DNA from: Nitrososphaerota archaeon
GTDB lineage: Archaea > Thermoproteota > EX4484-205 > JAAOZP01
Assembly: GCA_011605725.1 (NCBI GenBank)
Contig: JAAOZP010000003.1
Span: forward strand, 1 to 64,000
Length of the DNA stretch: 64,000 nucleotides
Direction of reading: 5' to 3'
A model generated the notes under the pieces. It worked only from the letters and a program-made list of their open reading frames with translations, was not told where the DNA came from and searched no databases. Position 1 is the stretch's first letter, and every line of letters begins with the position of its first letter. A program made the position numbers and the translations under genes. Of this stretch, positions 28,775 to 38,484 are shown piece by piece.

Positions 28775-29731
28775 TCAGACCTCCGCTGCCGCTAACAGGG
28801 TCCACCTTCCAATCTGCTCGTCTCCCTGGCGGTCAAGTGGTAGTTGAGGCTCGATGATCACCCATCTCCCCTTGGCCAATCCGAATCTCGTCAGGTCTGG
28901 GAAGCTCCAATACCTGTATCCGGGCAATTCCTCAAGATGGACAAGCACCATGTAGTGACGGGCTCCAGTCGCATTCTTGAACGATCCCACGGCTGAGTCG
29001 ATTCCAACAGCCTCGAAAAGCGAGGCGACGAGAATCGTATAATCGTCGCAGTCGCCAGACCTCAACCCCAGGGTCTCAACAGGAGCCCGGAAAACATCGT
29101 TAACCTCATACTCGTAGTGAACATACTTGCGTGTGAAGTTCAGTATTTTTCCAATCTTGACAACCGGCGGGTCGGACTCGCTTACGCCGATTATGAGAAG
29201 CACCTCGTTGATTTTACTTCTCGCAATATCATAGCTCCGCCTTCCAACGATTCTTTCAAACTCAGCCTCCACATCCGGCAAGTATGGGTTGCCAAGATCG
29301 TGCTGCGCAAGCCTCGCCGCGAAGACAACCTGATCCTTAGCCGGGTTTGCACTCTCCCTTGTACCGTCCAACCCTTTAATCAGCCTCACCGCATCATAAT
29401 ACGATTGAAGACTGTTTCCAATCCTTAAAACAGCCTCAACACCGAGTTCCCTCCTGAGAACACTGTAATTCCCCATCAGAGACATGTAGGCTGAGCTTAG
29501 GTCGGAGAAGCTTGTGTAAAGCGACTGATAATTCTCCTCCATCTTCCGGTAGGAGGATGAGAGCTCAAAATAATTAGTCAGAAAGAGAGCGAACAGAATA
29601 TTCTCCAAAACGATGAAAACAATCAAGCCTATTAGAACCAGTCTTCCAGCCTTATGCTCCGGAGGCGGCGGGGGGAATGTAAAAACAATGTTTCTACTCA
29701 TCTTTCCAACACCCCGTTTCTCAACAGTCAT
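28775..29731 (-). CDS. Membrane-anchored transglutaminase-like cysteine protease
   Basis: TM helix and coiled coil, then PVETL...SGDCDDYTILVASL, H, IIEP. Confidence 0.85.
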   Translation of the reverse strand: MTVEKRGVGKMSRNIVFTFPPPPPEHKAGRLVLIGLIVFIVLENILFALFLTNYFELSSSYRKMEENYQSLYTSFSDLSSAYMSLMGNYSVLRRELGVEAVLRIGNSLQSYYDAVRLIKGLDGTRESANPAKDQVVFAARLAQHDLGNPYLPDVEAEFERIVGRRSYDIARSKINEVLLIIGVSESDPPVVKIGKILNFTRKYVHYEYEVNDVFRAPVETLGLRSGDCDDYTILVASLFEAVGIDSAVGSFKNATGARHYMVLVHLEELPGYRYWSFPDLTRFGLAKGRWVIIEPQLPLDRQGDEQIGRWTLLAAAEV

Positions 29732-29833
29732 GCGTTAAAAAATCTTTCACACAGAACTGTGATTCCCCTCAGGCAGGAGACGCGCGTAAGCCTTTAAAAC
29801 GTGTTGGACACGTTAAAACATTACTGCCGATCC

Positions 29834-30661
29834 TTAGAAAAACATTAGAAAAACCTGTGCAGCCCATAGTGGAACAGCCACAGCAATCCAAGCAGTAATG
29901 CTCCACGACAGGATTTTCCTACCGTCTAAACCTCCCAACGGAATCATGTTGAATGCTGCAAGCCACAGGTTCACTTGGAAGCCCACGGTACCGATTAGGC
30001 CAGTCAGACCGTTTAATCCACTCAGGAAGAGGAAAAGAATAGCCCAGGCAACGTTAGACAAGGGGCCTGCTAAAGACACTAGCCCAATCCTTCTTCTTTC
30101 AGACTTCTGGGGCAATTCGTAGACACTTACACGTGGAGCCACGTATGTCGCGCCCGGGGCGGCGAAGATAAAAGACCCGGCTGTAAGCAGGGATGAGAAT
30201 AAGGCAATGGCGAGCCCCATGGGCCATAGTCTGAATTCAGACCAGTAGCCGTATCTCTGGGCAGTAAACTTGTGCGCCAACTCGTGCGACACGAACCCTG
30301 TTCCGACAACGATCAGGTAGATGACGAGAATAAGCGGCAATATTGAGCTGGGTTTGAGAACATATTTAATGGAGAAACATGTTGTTAAAACAACCCACGC
30401 GGCCAGCAGATGCGTAACCTCAGTCCAACTGGTGATTCTCGATATTCTAAGCCTCCGACTAGGCGGCGGAGGAGTCTCACTGTATATGATAGGGGTCTCG
30501 CTGCATGTTTGCCTCTGCATCCTCACCAGGTTCAGCATTCGGCAATTATGCGATTCAGGAAGCCTATGGCGGGAGCAGAAAGTACCCTTACAGTAGGAAC
30601 AGGTGAAAGGCAGAATTAGCTCCTCGCCGCAAACCTCGCACTTCACCATTTGAAACACCAC
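29834..30661 (-). CDS. AN1 zinc finger fused to M50 (site-2) metalloprotease
   Basis: CEVC...LPFTCSYCKGTFCSRHRLPESHNC; HELAH; AGPLSN; FNMIPLGGLDG. Confidence 0.9.
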   Translation of the reverse strand: MVFQMVKCEVCGEELILPFTCSYCKGTFCSRHRLPESHNCRMLNLVRMQRQTCSETPIIYSETPPPPSRRLRISRITSWTEVTHLLAAWVVLTTCFSIKYVLKPSSILPLILVIYLIVVGTGFVSHELAHKFTAQRYGYWSEFRLWPMGLAIALFSSLLTAGSFIFAAPGATYVAPRVSVYELPQKSERRRIGLVSLAGPLSNVAWAILFLFLSGLNGLTGLIGTVGFQVNLWLAAFNMIPLGGLDGRKILSWSITAWIAVAVPLWAAQVFLMFF

Positions 30662-30892
30662 CCTAATATGCTAATTCTATGCTCCCTAAGCCGTAATGCT
30701 GGAGCGCAGCTGCCGAGACAATAGGCTGTTGCCTTCACACTGTTCAAGTTCCACCAACCATGGATAAAGCAGTACTAAAAGCTTGCTGTTAACAGTAGGC
30801 GGCTTAAAAAACCGTTTAAGCAGAAGCATAGGGGTGTAGGCATACGGCGGAATATTGCTCTTTAACTATCATAAGGAATTATAAACAGGGTT

Positions 30893-31436
30893 GTGGGGAA
30901 ACAGTTTAGAAACAGGATCCTGGTTCGAATCAGGCTGGAGAAAAACAGGGTTGAGAAAAAATCAGGGAAACAAGCGTGATAATCGTGCTCCTGGGCGCCG
31001 GCGGCCGGGGGCTGAGGCAGAGGAGAATGCTGAGGGACGAGTTGGCTTCTATGGGCATGATTGCACTAATACCTGAGGACGATTTCCCGGGGAAGTAGCA
31101 CCGTCCCTGGTTGAGGAAGCGATGCTGTCCAAGGGGGATGTGGAGCTAGTGTTCATTAACGTTGAATCATGGGGAACTGTCACGGAGTTCACCCAGTTTC
31201 ACAGAAACAGGAGGATAACTCCGAAGCTGAGGGTTCTAGTTAGGCATGAGCATCATCCATTGTACGGAGGCTCCGGAAGCTACTTGACTGATGTTTATCT
31301 AACTCACCTCGCTGTCTTCGGACATGTTTACGCGATAGATGATTCGCGTAGAACCCTTTTTCCAACTGCGCGTGAAACCGTGGTTAAGCTGGCTGATAGA
31401 TACAGGTTGTGTAAAGCATTAGGTTTTATCAGATAA
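30893..31436 (+). pseudogene. Nucleoside-deoxyribosyltransferase-fold (Rossmann-like) protein with two frameshifts
   Basis: Joined reading MGKQFRNRILVRIRLEKNRVEK/IRETSVIIVLLGAGGRGLRQRRMLRDELASMGMIALIPEDDFPG/EVAPSLVEEAML...FINVESWGTVTEF; breaks in an A-run (~30960) and a G-run (~31090). Confidence 0.55.
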
Positions 31437-31473
31437 AGATTTTTATACCTGAAACAGTTAATAATGATGAGGA

Positions 31474-31794
31474 ATGAGCATTGAAGAAGTGCGACGCCGG
31501 CTCCAAGCCTATAGGGCTTTAGGTAACGGAGTAAGGCTGAACGCTTTCCTAGAGATCAGCAGGCGGCCCGGCGTTTCGTTCAACAGCCTCTCGAGAAAAA
31601 TCGGGGTTGAAAGGGGGCTGCTGGCTTATCATCTGGCTGTTTTAAAGGCCGCGGGCATAGTTAAGGTCAGCTACGAGAGGAGGAGCAGGCAGACGTCAAA
31701 ATATGAGTTGACACCTGAAGGAGAGAAGCTTGCTCAAGAACTATGCTCCGGCGGGAGGAGAACCAGTCGGCTGAAAAAGCGGGTTAATAAGTAG
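31474..31794 (+). CDS. ArsR-family HTH regulator
   Basis: RALGNGVRL...FNSL.......GLLAYHLAVLKAAGIV...YELTPEG. Confidence 0.88.
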   Translation: MSIEEVRRRLQAYRALGNGVRLNAFLEISRRPGVSFNSLSRKIGVERGLLAYHLAVLKAAGIVKVSYERRSRQTSKYELTPEGEKLAQELCSGGRRTSRLKKRVNK

Positions 31795-31966
31795 AAAAAC
31801 CTTATCCAAGTCTCACGCATCGTCATCACATCGTGTATAAGGAAATTGGTTTCCCTCTTTAAAGAACCATAGCGCCTAGTGAAACCAGTGGGTTCAACCA
31901 GAAAGCTATGTATCCAAAAAGATTAAAATAGGAATACTTTTTACATGTAAGTATGGTGAAAAAAGC

Positions 31967-32205
31967 TTGAGTTATACTATTACTGAGAAGGGTACGGTAA
32001 CAATCCCGGCTGAGGTTAAAAAAAATATGGGTTGAAAAAGGGCTCCCGTGTTAAGTTCGTGGAGACCGACGGAGGAATCCTGCTTGTCCCAGTAATCCCT
32101 TTTGAAGAGCTTTTCGGCGCGGATAAGAACGTTAAGGAAACAGTGTATCAAATGATTAAAGAGCTTCAGGAGGAAAGGAGGAGGGAAGCATCTGAAGAAG
32201 GATAG
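31967..32205 (+). pseudogene. AbrB/MazE-type antitoxin, frameshifted
   Basis: YTITEKGTVTIPAEVKK/YGLKKGSRVKFVETDGGILLVP; break in the A8 run at 32018-32025. Confidence 0.85.
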
Positions 32206-32597
32206 GCTTGTCTTCGACGTAGGCCCACTCCTCCTCTATTTCGCTGAAGATAATCGTGTCAAGGTTTTTTCGAAGAGGTCATGGCGAGTAAGGCAGAGGG
32301 CTATACGTGTGAAATCAACATTGCAGAACTCTATTGTAAAACGTGTGAGAAACTCGGTCGAGAAGCTGCTGAAGTTAGGAACGCATCCATCAGACACTCA
32401 AAATCACAATATTGCCGTTGGATGAAAGGCTTACGCACGTTGCAGGAGGCTTGAAGTGTATTCACAGGGGGAAGCTTTCTCTGGCAGACGCCTATATCTT
32501 GGCGGCTGCAAAAATGCTTGGAGGAACTCTGATAACAACAGATTCCCGGCTTGCAGAGCTTAAAACAGTACCAGCCAGATTGATTGAAATCCCTTAG
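32192..32597 (+). pseudogene. vapC: VapC/PIN toxin, two frameshifts
   Basis: LVFDVGPLLLYF/.../CEINIAELY/.../LSLADAYILAAA......LITTDS; breaks at T-run 32265-32270 and A-run ~32400. Confidence 0.85.
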
Positions 32598-32791
32598 CAT
32601 ATCGTACGCCACCTTGAGCGTTTTCAGAATCGCGTCTAAATATTCTAGCATGCCCACCAGTTTCATCTGAAGCATTGTTTAAAGGCAGCTGGAGCGCCTG
32701 CTTTTAGGAAGACAAGGCGCGTTCTGGGCAATTCTGAGAAGAGTAGGATTAAAAAGGTTGATGTGCGGGTGCTCCCAGCATTACACGCCAT

Positions 32792-33481
32792 CTAGATCTT
32801 TGAAAGAATGTTTGAATATTTCTCCATCCTCATAACTTTCCCCTCGGGCTGTATAAGCCAGGTCATCCAGCAGAGCTCTATCGGCCTGTATCCGCATGCT
32901 AATGCAACCTTCTCGGCTTCCCTGATGAACTCCATGTCTTTCTCCACGGGTTTTAAGCCGGCTTTAACCAGAATCCTGTTAACCACTCTTTTAACAATCT
33001 TATCCGGCATGACTGTGTCAATGCCTCCCATCATTCTCAAGTATTGGAAGGTTATTAAGCCAACACCTTTAATTCTCCCGACCGGGTCCCTCCTCCAGTT
33101 TTCAAGACTAGCTTTCCCAGCCCAGGTTCTAAGAGCCTCCCTATCATTATTGCTCAATGTTGAAAGATAGGAGGCAATCTTCCTAGCAACACTCCAAGAC
33201 CTTTTATTCCTCCATACTGTCCTCAGCCTCCTCACATCAGCCCCGGCAAGGTCTTTCAAACTCCTTATCTCACCGTTTTCAACAAACCTCTTGTTGAACT
33301 CCTCAACCTTAGGGACGACTGCAGTGAAATAGTTTAAGCCTATTGAGGTGAAGGCAGCGTCAACAATCATCAGGACAACACTCCCACCCCACCTCTCAGT
33401 CTTAAGACACCTGTCGCAATGCTCCTTAAGACCCGGAACACTCCGCATATAACTGTCAACCACTTCCTTCAACGAAAGCAT
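32792..33481 (-). CDS. HhH-GPD-like DNA glycosylase-family protein
   Basis: IKGVGLITFQYLRMMGGIDTVMPDKIVKR (HhH followed by Asp). Confidence 0.7.
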   Translation of the reverse strand: MLSLKEVVDSYMRSVPGLKEHCDRCLKTERWGGSVVLMIVDAAFTSIGLNYFTAVVPKVEEFNKRFVENGEIRSLKDLAGADVRRLRTVWRNKRSWSVARKIASYLSTLSNNDREALRTWAGKASLENWRRDPVGRIKGVGLITFQYLRMMGGIDTVMPDKIVKRVVNRILVKAGLKPVEKDMEFIREAEKVALACGYRPIELCWMTWLIQPEGKVMRMEKYSNILSKI

Positions 33482-33541
33482 ATTACCTCTGAGAAGGACG
33501 ATAGTTTACTTATTTTTATTTATAATCCTGAACCTTAGCGT

Positions 33542-34087
33542 ATGGCAAAATTTTTAAACGAGGGTTTAAGCTTCGACTCGATGGAAATACTTTTCGTCTG
33601 TGAAGGAAACATATTTAGGAGCACTATGGCAGAGGCTTTGTTCAACAGGATTATCGATGATGCAGGATATAGCAAGGAGATACGTGTCTCGTCCGCCGGA
33701 ACCATAGCTGTTGACGGAAGCCCTGCCTCACCCTATGCGGTTTTCGTAATGGGGAAAAGAGGGATTAGCTTGGAGAGTTTCAGGGCTAGGCGGTTAACAC
33801 CAGAGCTTGTTCAGAGGGCAGACCTAATATTGACGATGGAGGAGAAGCATAGGCGCTACGTGCTTGAGCTCGTCCCAGAGGCTGTGGGAAAGACACATAC
33901 GTTGAAAACTTTCTGCGGGCAGGAGGGCGAGATATACGACCTCAGGGGAGGAGGGTTTGAAGGGGCGGAGAAGATTGCTCAGAAGATTGAGGATTGCATC
34001 AAGGCGAGTCTTCCACGAATAATTGATAGGGTGGAAAAAGCAAAGGATGTTAACCGAATATTGAGAAAGGTCTCGTGTGTTCAGTAG
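33542..34087 (+). CDS. Low-molecular-weight protein tyrosine/arginine phosphatase
   Basis: LFVCEGNIFRSTMAE (CX5R), SAGT, ADLILTME; true start may be ATG 33581. Confidence 0.9.
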   Translation: MAKFLNEGLSFDSMEILFVCEGNIFRSTMAEALFNRIIDDAGYSKEIRVSSAGTIAVDGSPASPYAVFVMGKRGISLESFRARRLTPELVQRADLILTMEEKHRRYVLELVPEAVGKTHTLKTFCGQEGEIYDLRGGGFEGAEKIAQKIEDCIKASLPRIIDRVEKAKDVNRILRKVSCVQ

Positions 34088-34113
34088 AGCATTATCCGGA
34101 AGGATTTGATTGT

Positions 34114-34656
34114 TTAAACGGTATTTCCCTTTTCAACTTCTTCGAATTTTTTCATAGCGTATTCGACGATTTTCATCGCTTCTTTCGCGTCCTTCCACTC
34201 TTTAAACCTAACCCACTTATGCGGTTCGAGACGCTTATAGGTTTCGAAAAACTCTTGAATCTCCCTAAGCTTGTGAGGGTGAACGTCGTTAATATCCCTG
34301 TAACCGTTGAACCTTGCATCGTCGACAAGCACTGACAGGATTTTCGGGTCTTCCCCCTTCTCGTCTTCGATTATAAGTGCACCTATGACTCTAACCCTGA
34401 CTAAACATCCCACTTCAAGGGGCTCGTAGCTTAACGCCATTATGTCCAAAGGGTCTTCATCATCGAACCATGTTTGAGGAACAAAACCGTATTCAACTGG
34501 GAAAACCACGGACGAGGGTATTATGCGGTCTAGGACAAAAGTTTCCAGTTTAACGTTATACTCATACTTGTCTCTCGAGCCACTAATAACCTCGATAACC
34601 ATGTTTAAAATTTCCGGAGGCTTATCTCCACACGGAATATCCCGCCAGAGATTCAT
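34114..34656 (-). CDS. ppa: Inorganic pyrophosphatase (family I)
   Basis: KYE, LDR, YGFVPQT..DDEDPLD, DEKGEDPK, FFETYK.LE. Confidence 0.96.
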   Translation of the reverse strand: MNLWRDIPCGDKPPEILNMVIEVISGSRDKYEYNVKLETFVLDRIIPSSVVFPVEYGFVPQTWFDDEDPLDIMALSYEPLEVGCLVRVRVIGALIIEDEKGEDPKILSVLVDDARFNGYRDINDVHPHKLREIQEFFETYKRLEPHKWVRFKEWKDAKEAMKIVEYAMKKFEEVEKGNTV

Positions 34657-34794
34657 GAGTAAAGCCGTTGGTGAACTGCTGCTTAGTTATTTAAGCCTTT
34701 CAAAATTAACCACTACAGCGCGCGCTATCCTATGCTCTAATAAGCATGCTCGCTAAGCTTTTTAAACAACCAGTGCACGCTAAGCAGTAGCCAT

Positions 34795-35880
34795 TTGAAA
34801 ACTCTACTCTATAAGGAGGATTGGGAAAGGGTTTCAGAGACATACGAGGCTTGGTGGGAGGGTGAGCTAAGCAGGCCGTTAATACATTTAACGTACATAC
34901 CGCCCAATGTAGACGTTAACGATTACTATCTAACGTTAAGCTGGGCTTTCATGAGGTTTCCTCCTGAAAAGGCTTTAACAGCTATGTTCGAATGCTTCTC
35001 TAAAACATTATTCATGTGCGAAGCCTATCCGAACGTGTGGGTGAACATTGGGCCCGGCGCCCTGTCGGCTTTCCTAGGCTCTGAAGTAGATTTCAAACCT
35101 GAGTCAGGAACCTCATGGTTTAAAGGCTCATTCTCCCTAGACGAGCTTTTAAACGTCGAGCTGAACCCGGAGAATAAATGGTGGCGTTACGTAAACGAAT
35201 GCACCGAGAAGGCTTCAAAAATATGCAGGGACAAGGCGATAGTTGCCTTCACAGACCTTTTAGATGTAGCCACGAGCCTAGCCCACCTTAGGGGCGGTGC
35301 TTTAAAACTGGTTAAAGACGTTTTCCACGAGCCTTCTAAAGTCAAGATGGTTTTAAACCATCTGCATAAAATCTGGTTCAACTGCTTTGAAAAGTTCTCA
35401 AACATCATAGATACGGATTTTTACGGTTTTTCGAACTGGGCTACACTATGGAGCAGACGCAAATCATTCATACTTCAATGCGACTTCAGCGTATATCTTT
35501 CACCAAAACTATTCAGCGTATTCATACTCCCACTGGTGGAGGAGGAATGTAGATTCTTCGAAAGAAGCTTCTGGCATTTAGACGGGCCTCTTGAACTCCC
35601 GCATCTTGACAAGCTTCTAAGCTTAAGCGGGCTCAACGGTATTCAATGGATCCCTGGAGCCGGGAACCCGGATCCGGGTGAAAGCTGCTGGGTTCCGCTG
35701 TACAGGAGAATACAGGAGGCTGGGAAGCTTCTTCAAATAACCGGAATCCCAATATCTAAAATAATACCTGTTTTAAGCCAAATATCGTCTAAAGGCGTTT
35801 TCATCCAAGCTTCAACCTCAAGCCTTGAAACAGCTGAAACCCTCCTTGGAAAAATGTCTGAGAAGTACGGTTTAGCTTGA
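34795..35880 (+). CDS. Uroporphyrinogen-decarboxylase-like (URO-D/MtaA fold) protein
   Basis: NIGPG.LSAFLG, LRG, LQCDFS..LSP, WHLDGP..LPHLD.LL, IQWIPGAG. Confidence 0.8.
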   Translation: MKTLLYKEDWERVSETYEAWWEGELSRPLIHLTYIPPNVDVNDYYLTLSWAFMRFPPEKALTAMFECFSKTLFMCEAYPNVWVNIGPGALSAFLGSEVDFKPESGTSWFKGSFSLDELLNVELNPENKWWRYVNECTEKASKICRDKAIVAFTDLLDVATSLAHLRGGALKLVKDVFHEPSKVKMVLNHLHKIWFNCFEKFSNIIDTDFYGFSNWATLWSRRKSFILQCDFSVYLSPKLFSVFILPLVEEECRFFERSFWHLDGPLELPHLDKLLSLSGLNGIQWIPGAGNPDPGESCWVPLYRRIQEAGKLLQITGIPISKIIPVLSQISSKGVFIQASTSSLETAETLLGKMSEKYGLA

Positions 35881-35894
35881 AATGTAGCGCGCTA

Positions 35895-36007
35895 TTCTTC
35901 AAGGTGAAGGTTTTTCGAAAAGGCTAACATTAGACTGTGGGGGAGAATGAAACATTAGCGGATAAGGGTGGGCAAGTATAGAATACTATTTGAACCGCTT
36001 CCGATGA
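35895..36007 (+). pseudogene. RelE/StbE toxin remnant between two palindromes
   Basis: 35959-35994 translates RIRVGKYRILFE (compare WRIRVGDYRIIY at 46703); bounded by TAGCGCGCTA and AGCGCGTGCT. Confidence 0.6.
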
Positions 36008-36019
36008 AGCGCGTGCTTT

Positions 36020-37300
36020 TTATTCTCTGCGCGTAATCAACCACTTCCATAGTGGAGTGAATTTAATTTTTTCATTTTCAATTTCTAATTCATCATCATA
36101 ACCCCAAGTTATTACGAGTAAATCTTTGCATCTGAGTTCTACACAAGCCTTAAGCAACGCCCTTATCTTGCGTCTCTCGATTTCATCTCTACCATTAGCA
36201 TAAGTAACCTGGATGAGTTGTTTAATTTTTGGGCCCTCCTTCAAGACGAAATCCACCTCATTTTGTTGACGATCCTTCCAGTAAAAGATTTCAAGCAAAG
36301 GATTATCATTTATCTTCCTCATCTCTTCTATGAATACGGTGTTCTCCATCAGCCTTCCAAAATCCTCTGAAAACCGGACTACCTTTGAAATCCCCGTATC
36401 GCATATGTAAACCTTCCTTGGCCAAGATTCCCTCAGGGAGATTTTTTCCGAGTATTTTTTAACAAAGAAAACGGCCAGCGTATCCTGCAATTTTTCAACG
36501 TAATCGTAGACGGTGTTTTTACCCATTCTTATACCGTTCGACTTAAGCAGGTTTACAAGCCTATTTACGCTAAACTCGTGCGAGAAACTTTGAAGTACTT
36601 GAGAAAAAACGAACTTTGCCACTTCAACGCTTTTAAGTTCATGTCTTTCTACAAAGTCTTTAAAGAAAATCATGTCCTGATACTCCTTCAAAATCTTCTC
36701 CTTATCCTCCTTCAACACGATTTCCGGAAAGCTGCCGAATTCAAGGAATTCTCTCAACAAGTTCCTTATTTTTGCTTTCTCCAGCCCGCTTAGGACTTCC
36801 TCCAACTCAACTCCTTTGGCTTTTAGAAATTCTCTGAACGAAAAGCCGAACAAAAGATAGGTTAAAGACCTCCCCCTCAGTTGAGTAGCCACTTCCCTGC
36901 TTAAGAGCTTGGAGGAGGAACCAGTAGCAAAAATTCTATAACCCCCTCTATTCAAGAGGGTTCTTACCATGGTTTCCCATTTCTCTACCCTTTGAACCTC
37001 GTCTAGAAAGATATCCGTTGGAACCCTGCCAGTTGTTTCGGTGAAGAGGTTTATCACATCCAGCACCTCATCAAACTTAACGTCTATCAAAGCGGAGTCT
37101 TCAAAATCTAGGTAGAGACAGCTTTCCTTATTCCCCCTCATCAGCTGGTAGAAATAGAAGGTTTTACCAGCCCTCCGAGGCCCTACTATTGAAATAACTT
37201 TGTCTTTTACCGGCTTTACGGAGAGCTCTCTTTCCACTAGGGGTGGGAGATTTTTCGTGTACCAGTCTTCGATGTAGCTTCTCACCCTTGCTTCTTTCAT
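36020..37300 (-). CDS. AAA_14 + DUF4143 ATP-binding protein
   Basis: GPRRAGKT, FLDEVQ, TGSSSKLL, LRGR, GSFPE, EVDF, PLWKWL. Confidence 0.93.
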   Translation of the reverse strand: MKEARVRSYIEDWYTKNLPPLVERELSVKPVKDKVISIVGPRRAGKTFYFYQLMRGNKESCLYLDFEDSALIDVKFDEVLDVINLFTETTGRVPTDIFLDEVQRVEKWETMVRTLLNRGGYRIFATGSSSKLLSREVATQLRGRSLTYLLFGFSFREFLKAKGVELEEVLSGLEKAKIRNLLREFLEFGSFPEIVLKEDKEKILKEYQDMIFFKDFVERHELKSVEVAKFVFSQVLQSFSHEFSVNRLVNLLKSNGIRMGKNTVYDYVEKLQDTLAVFFVKKYSEKISLRESWPRKVYICDTGISKVVRFSEDFGRLMENTVFIEEMRKINDNPLLEIFYWKDRQQNEVDFVLKEGPKIKQLIQVTYANGRDEIERRKIRALLKACVELRCKDLLVITWGYDDELEIENEKIKFTPLWKWLITRRE

Positions 37301-37575
37301 AATGTAATAGTTGTTGAGACAATTGCTTATAAAATTTTCTCAGTCATAGAGAAATACGATATTAGCATCTGAAAGCCCGCAATATGGTTAAAAGGCCACT
37401 CTTAAACCAGAAATCGAATTTTGAGGAAAAGATAGGCAGAATCAGGGTAGCGCGCGATTTTCTCTTAAATCCGAGAGACATGATGTGGCAAATCGACTTA
37501 ACCGAAAAGTTCTTTTTGTTCACCTGAAACTACTTGAACAGCTTGGAGTGTCGTCGTTACTTGCTTTAGCGCGCT

Positions 37576-37765
37576 CTACGGATTATCCCTCGGAATATTG
37601 CTTCAGCAGAAGACGCATCTCAGATTACAGCCAACGCAGTCAGCCGTCGCTGTACCCCCGTACCATCTGCCTCCCTCTGAACCTGTAGTACTTCCCCACA
37701 CCCTCTTTCTCCACCATTCTTCTCGTCGCCTCAGCGAGAGCAACCTGGTCGTAACCCCTCTCCAC
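37576..37765 (-). pseudogene. N-terminal remnant of a radical SAM protein
   Basis: YDQVALAEATRRMVEKEGVGKYYRFRG/GRWYGGTATADCVGCNLRCVFC*SNIPRDNP; frameshift plus stop, ending at TAGCGCGCT (37567-37575). Confidence 0.8.
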
Positions 37766-37871
37766 AGGTAAACCTTGAGAATGGGCGCCATATAAACACC
37801 ATGCTTGCAAACCCCCTGCCGGCTTATGATGCTTATTGCAACATTCATTGTAGAAGAGTAGAAATGCTATT

Positions 37872-38291
37872 CTAAACCTTAACGCCCCACGTGTTTCTAA
37901 CCCTGTTCAGCAGCTTCTCCACAGCATCCTGGCTCCTCAGACTGTTCAAGCCTGCTCTGACGCTAACGTTAAGATCCTTGACAGGGATTTTACCTGTCTC
38001 CCACTTATCCTCGCTTAACACGAACAGTGGCTTGAACAGTATCCTGTAGGGGTATATGGCTCTTCCAACAACAGCCTCGTCGCGCCAGAGAATACTCTCC
38101 TCCATAGCTTTACCCTCGACGGATGCGAGGCCAACAATGCCGCGGACAGGGCTCGTAACGTAGAGGAAAAGCAGGTCTCCGCTAGCAACTTTTTCCCAAG
38201 TTTTCTTAAGCCTCTTGTTAACGCCCCACTTCCCTTTCTCCAGAGAAGTCTTCAGGTTGAGCGAAGACCCGGTTGCAACCCAAACATTCAT
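37872..38291 (-). CDS. Stand-alone EVE-domain protein
   Basis: N......GKWGV......W.KV..GD.LFLYVT....GIVG......LW.DE......YPYRI.F. Confidence 0.85.
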   Translation of the reverse strand: MNVWVATGSSLNLKTSLEKGKWGVNKRLKKTWEKVASGDLLFLYVTSPVRGIVGLASVEGKAMEESILWRDEAVVGRAIYPYRILFKPLFVLSEDKWETGKIPVKDLNVSVRAGLNSLRSQDAVEKLLNRVRNTWGVKV

Positions 38292-38484
38292 AAGCCTATT
38301 TACAATGCTTCCAAGATATAAAAAGCTTGAGTCTTAAGAAGCTTGTGTACACTATAAGTGCTGGCGCTATTCGAAACGGGTCCAGAATAATGGAGAAATG
38401 ATTCTTGGCATCTCGCTGGCTGAAGGGTCGTTCGGAATACTGCTAGAAATGATCATCTTCACTACAAAACCAGAAAAACATGCT

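Noticed and set aside
32331-32675. 114-aa minus-strand ORF
   Set aside because: Antisense to the vapC pseudogene.
37603-37848. 81-aa ORF as an intact Cys-rich peptide or RiPP precursor
   Set aside because: It is a chimeric frame of the frameshifted radical SAM remnant.
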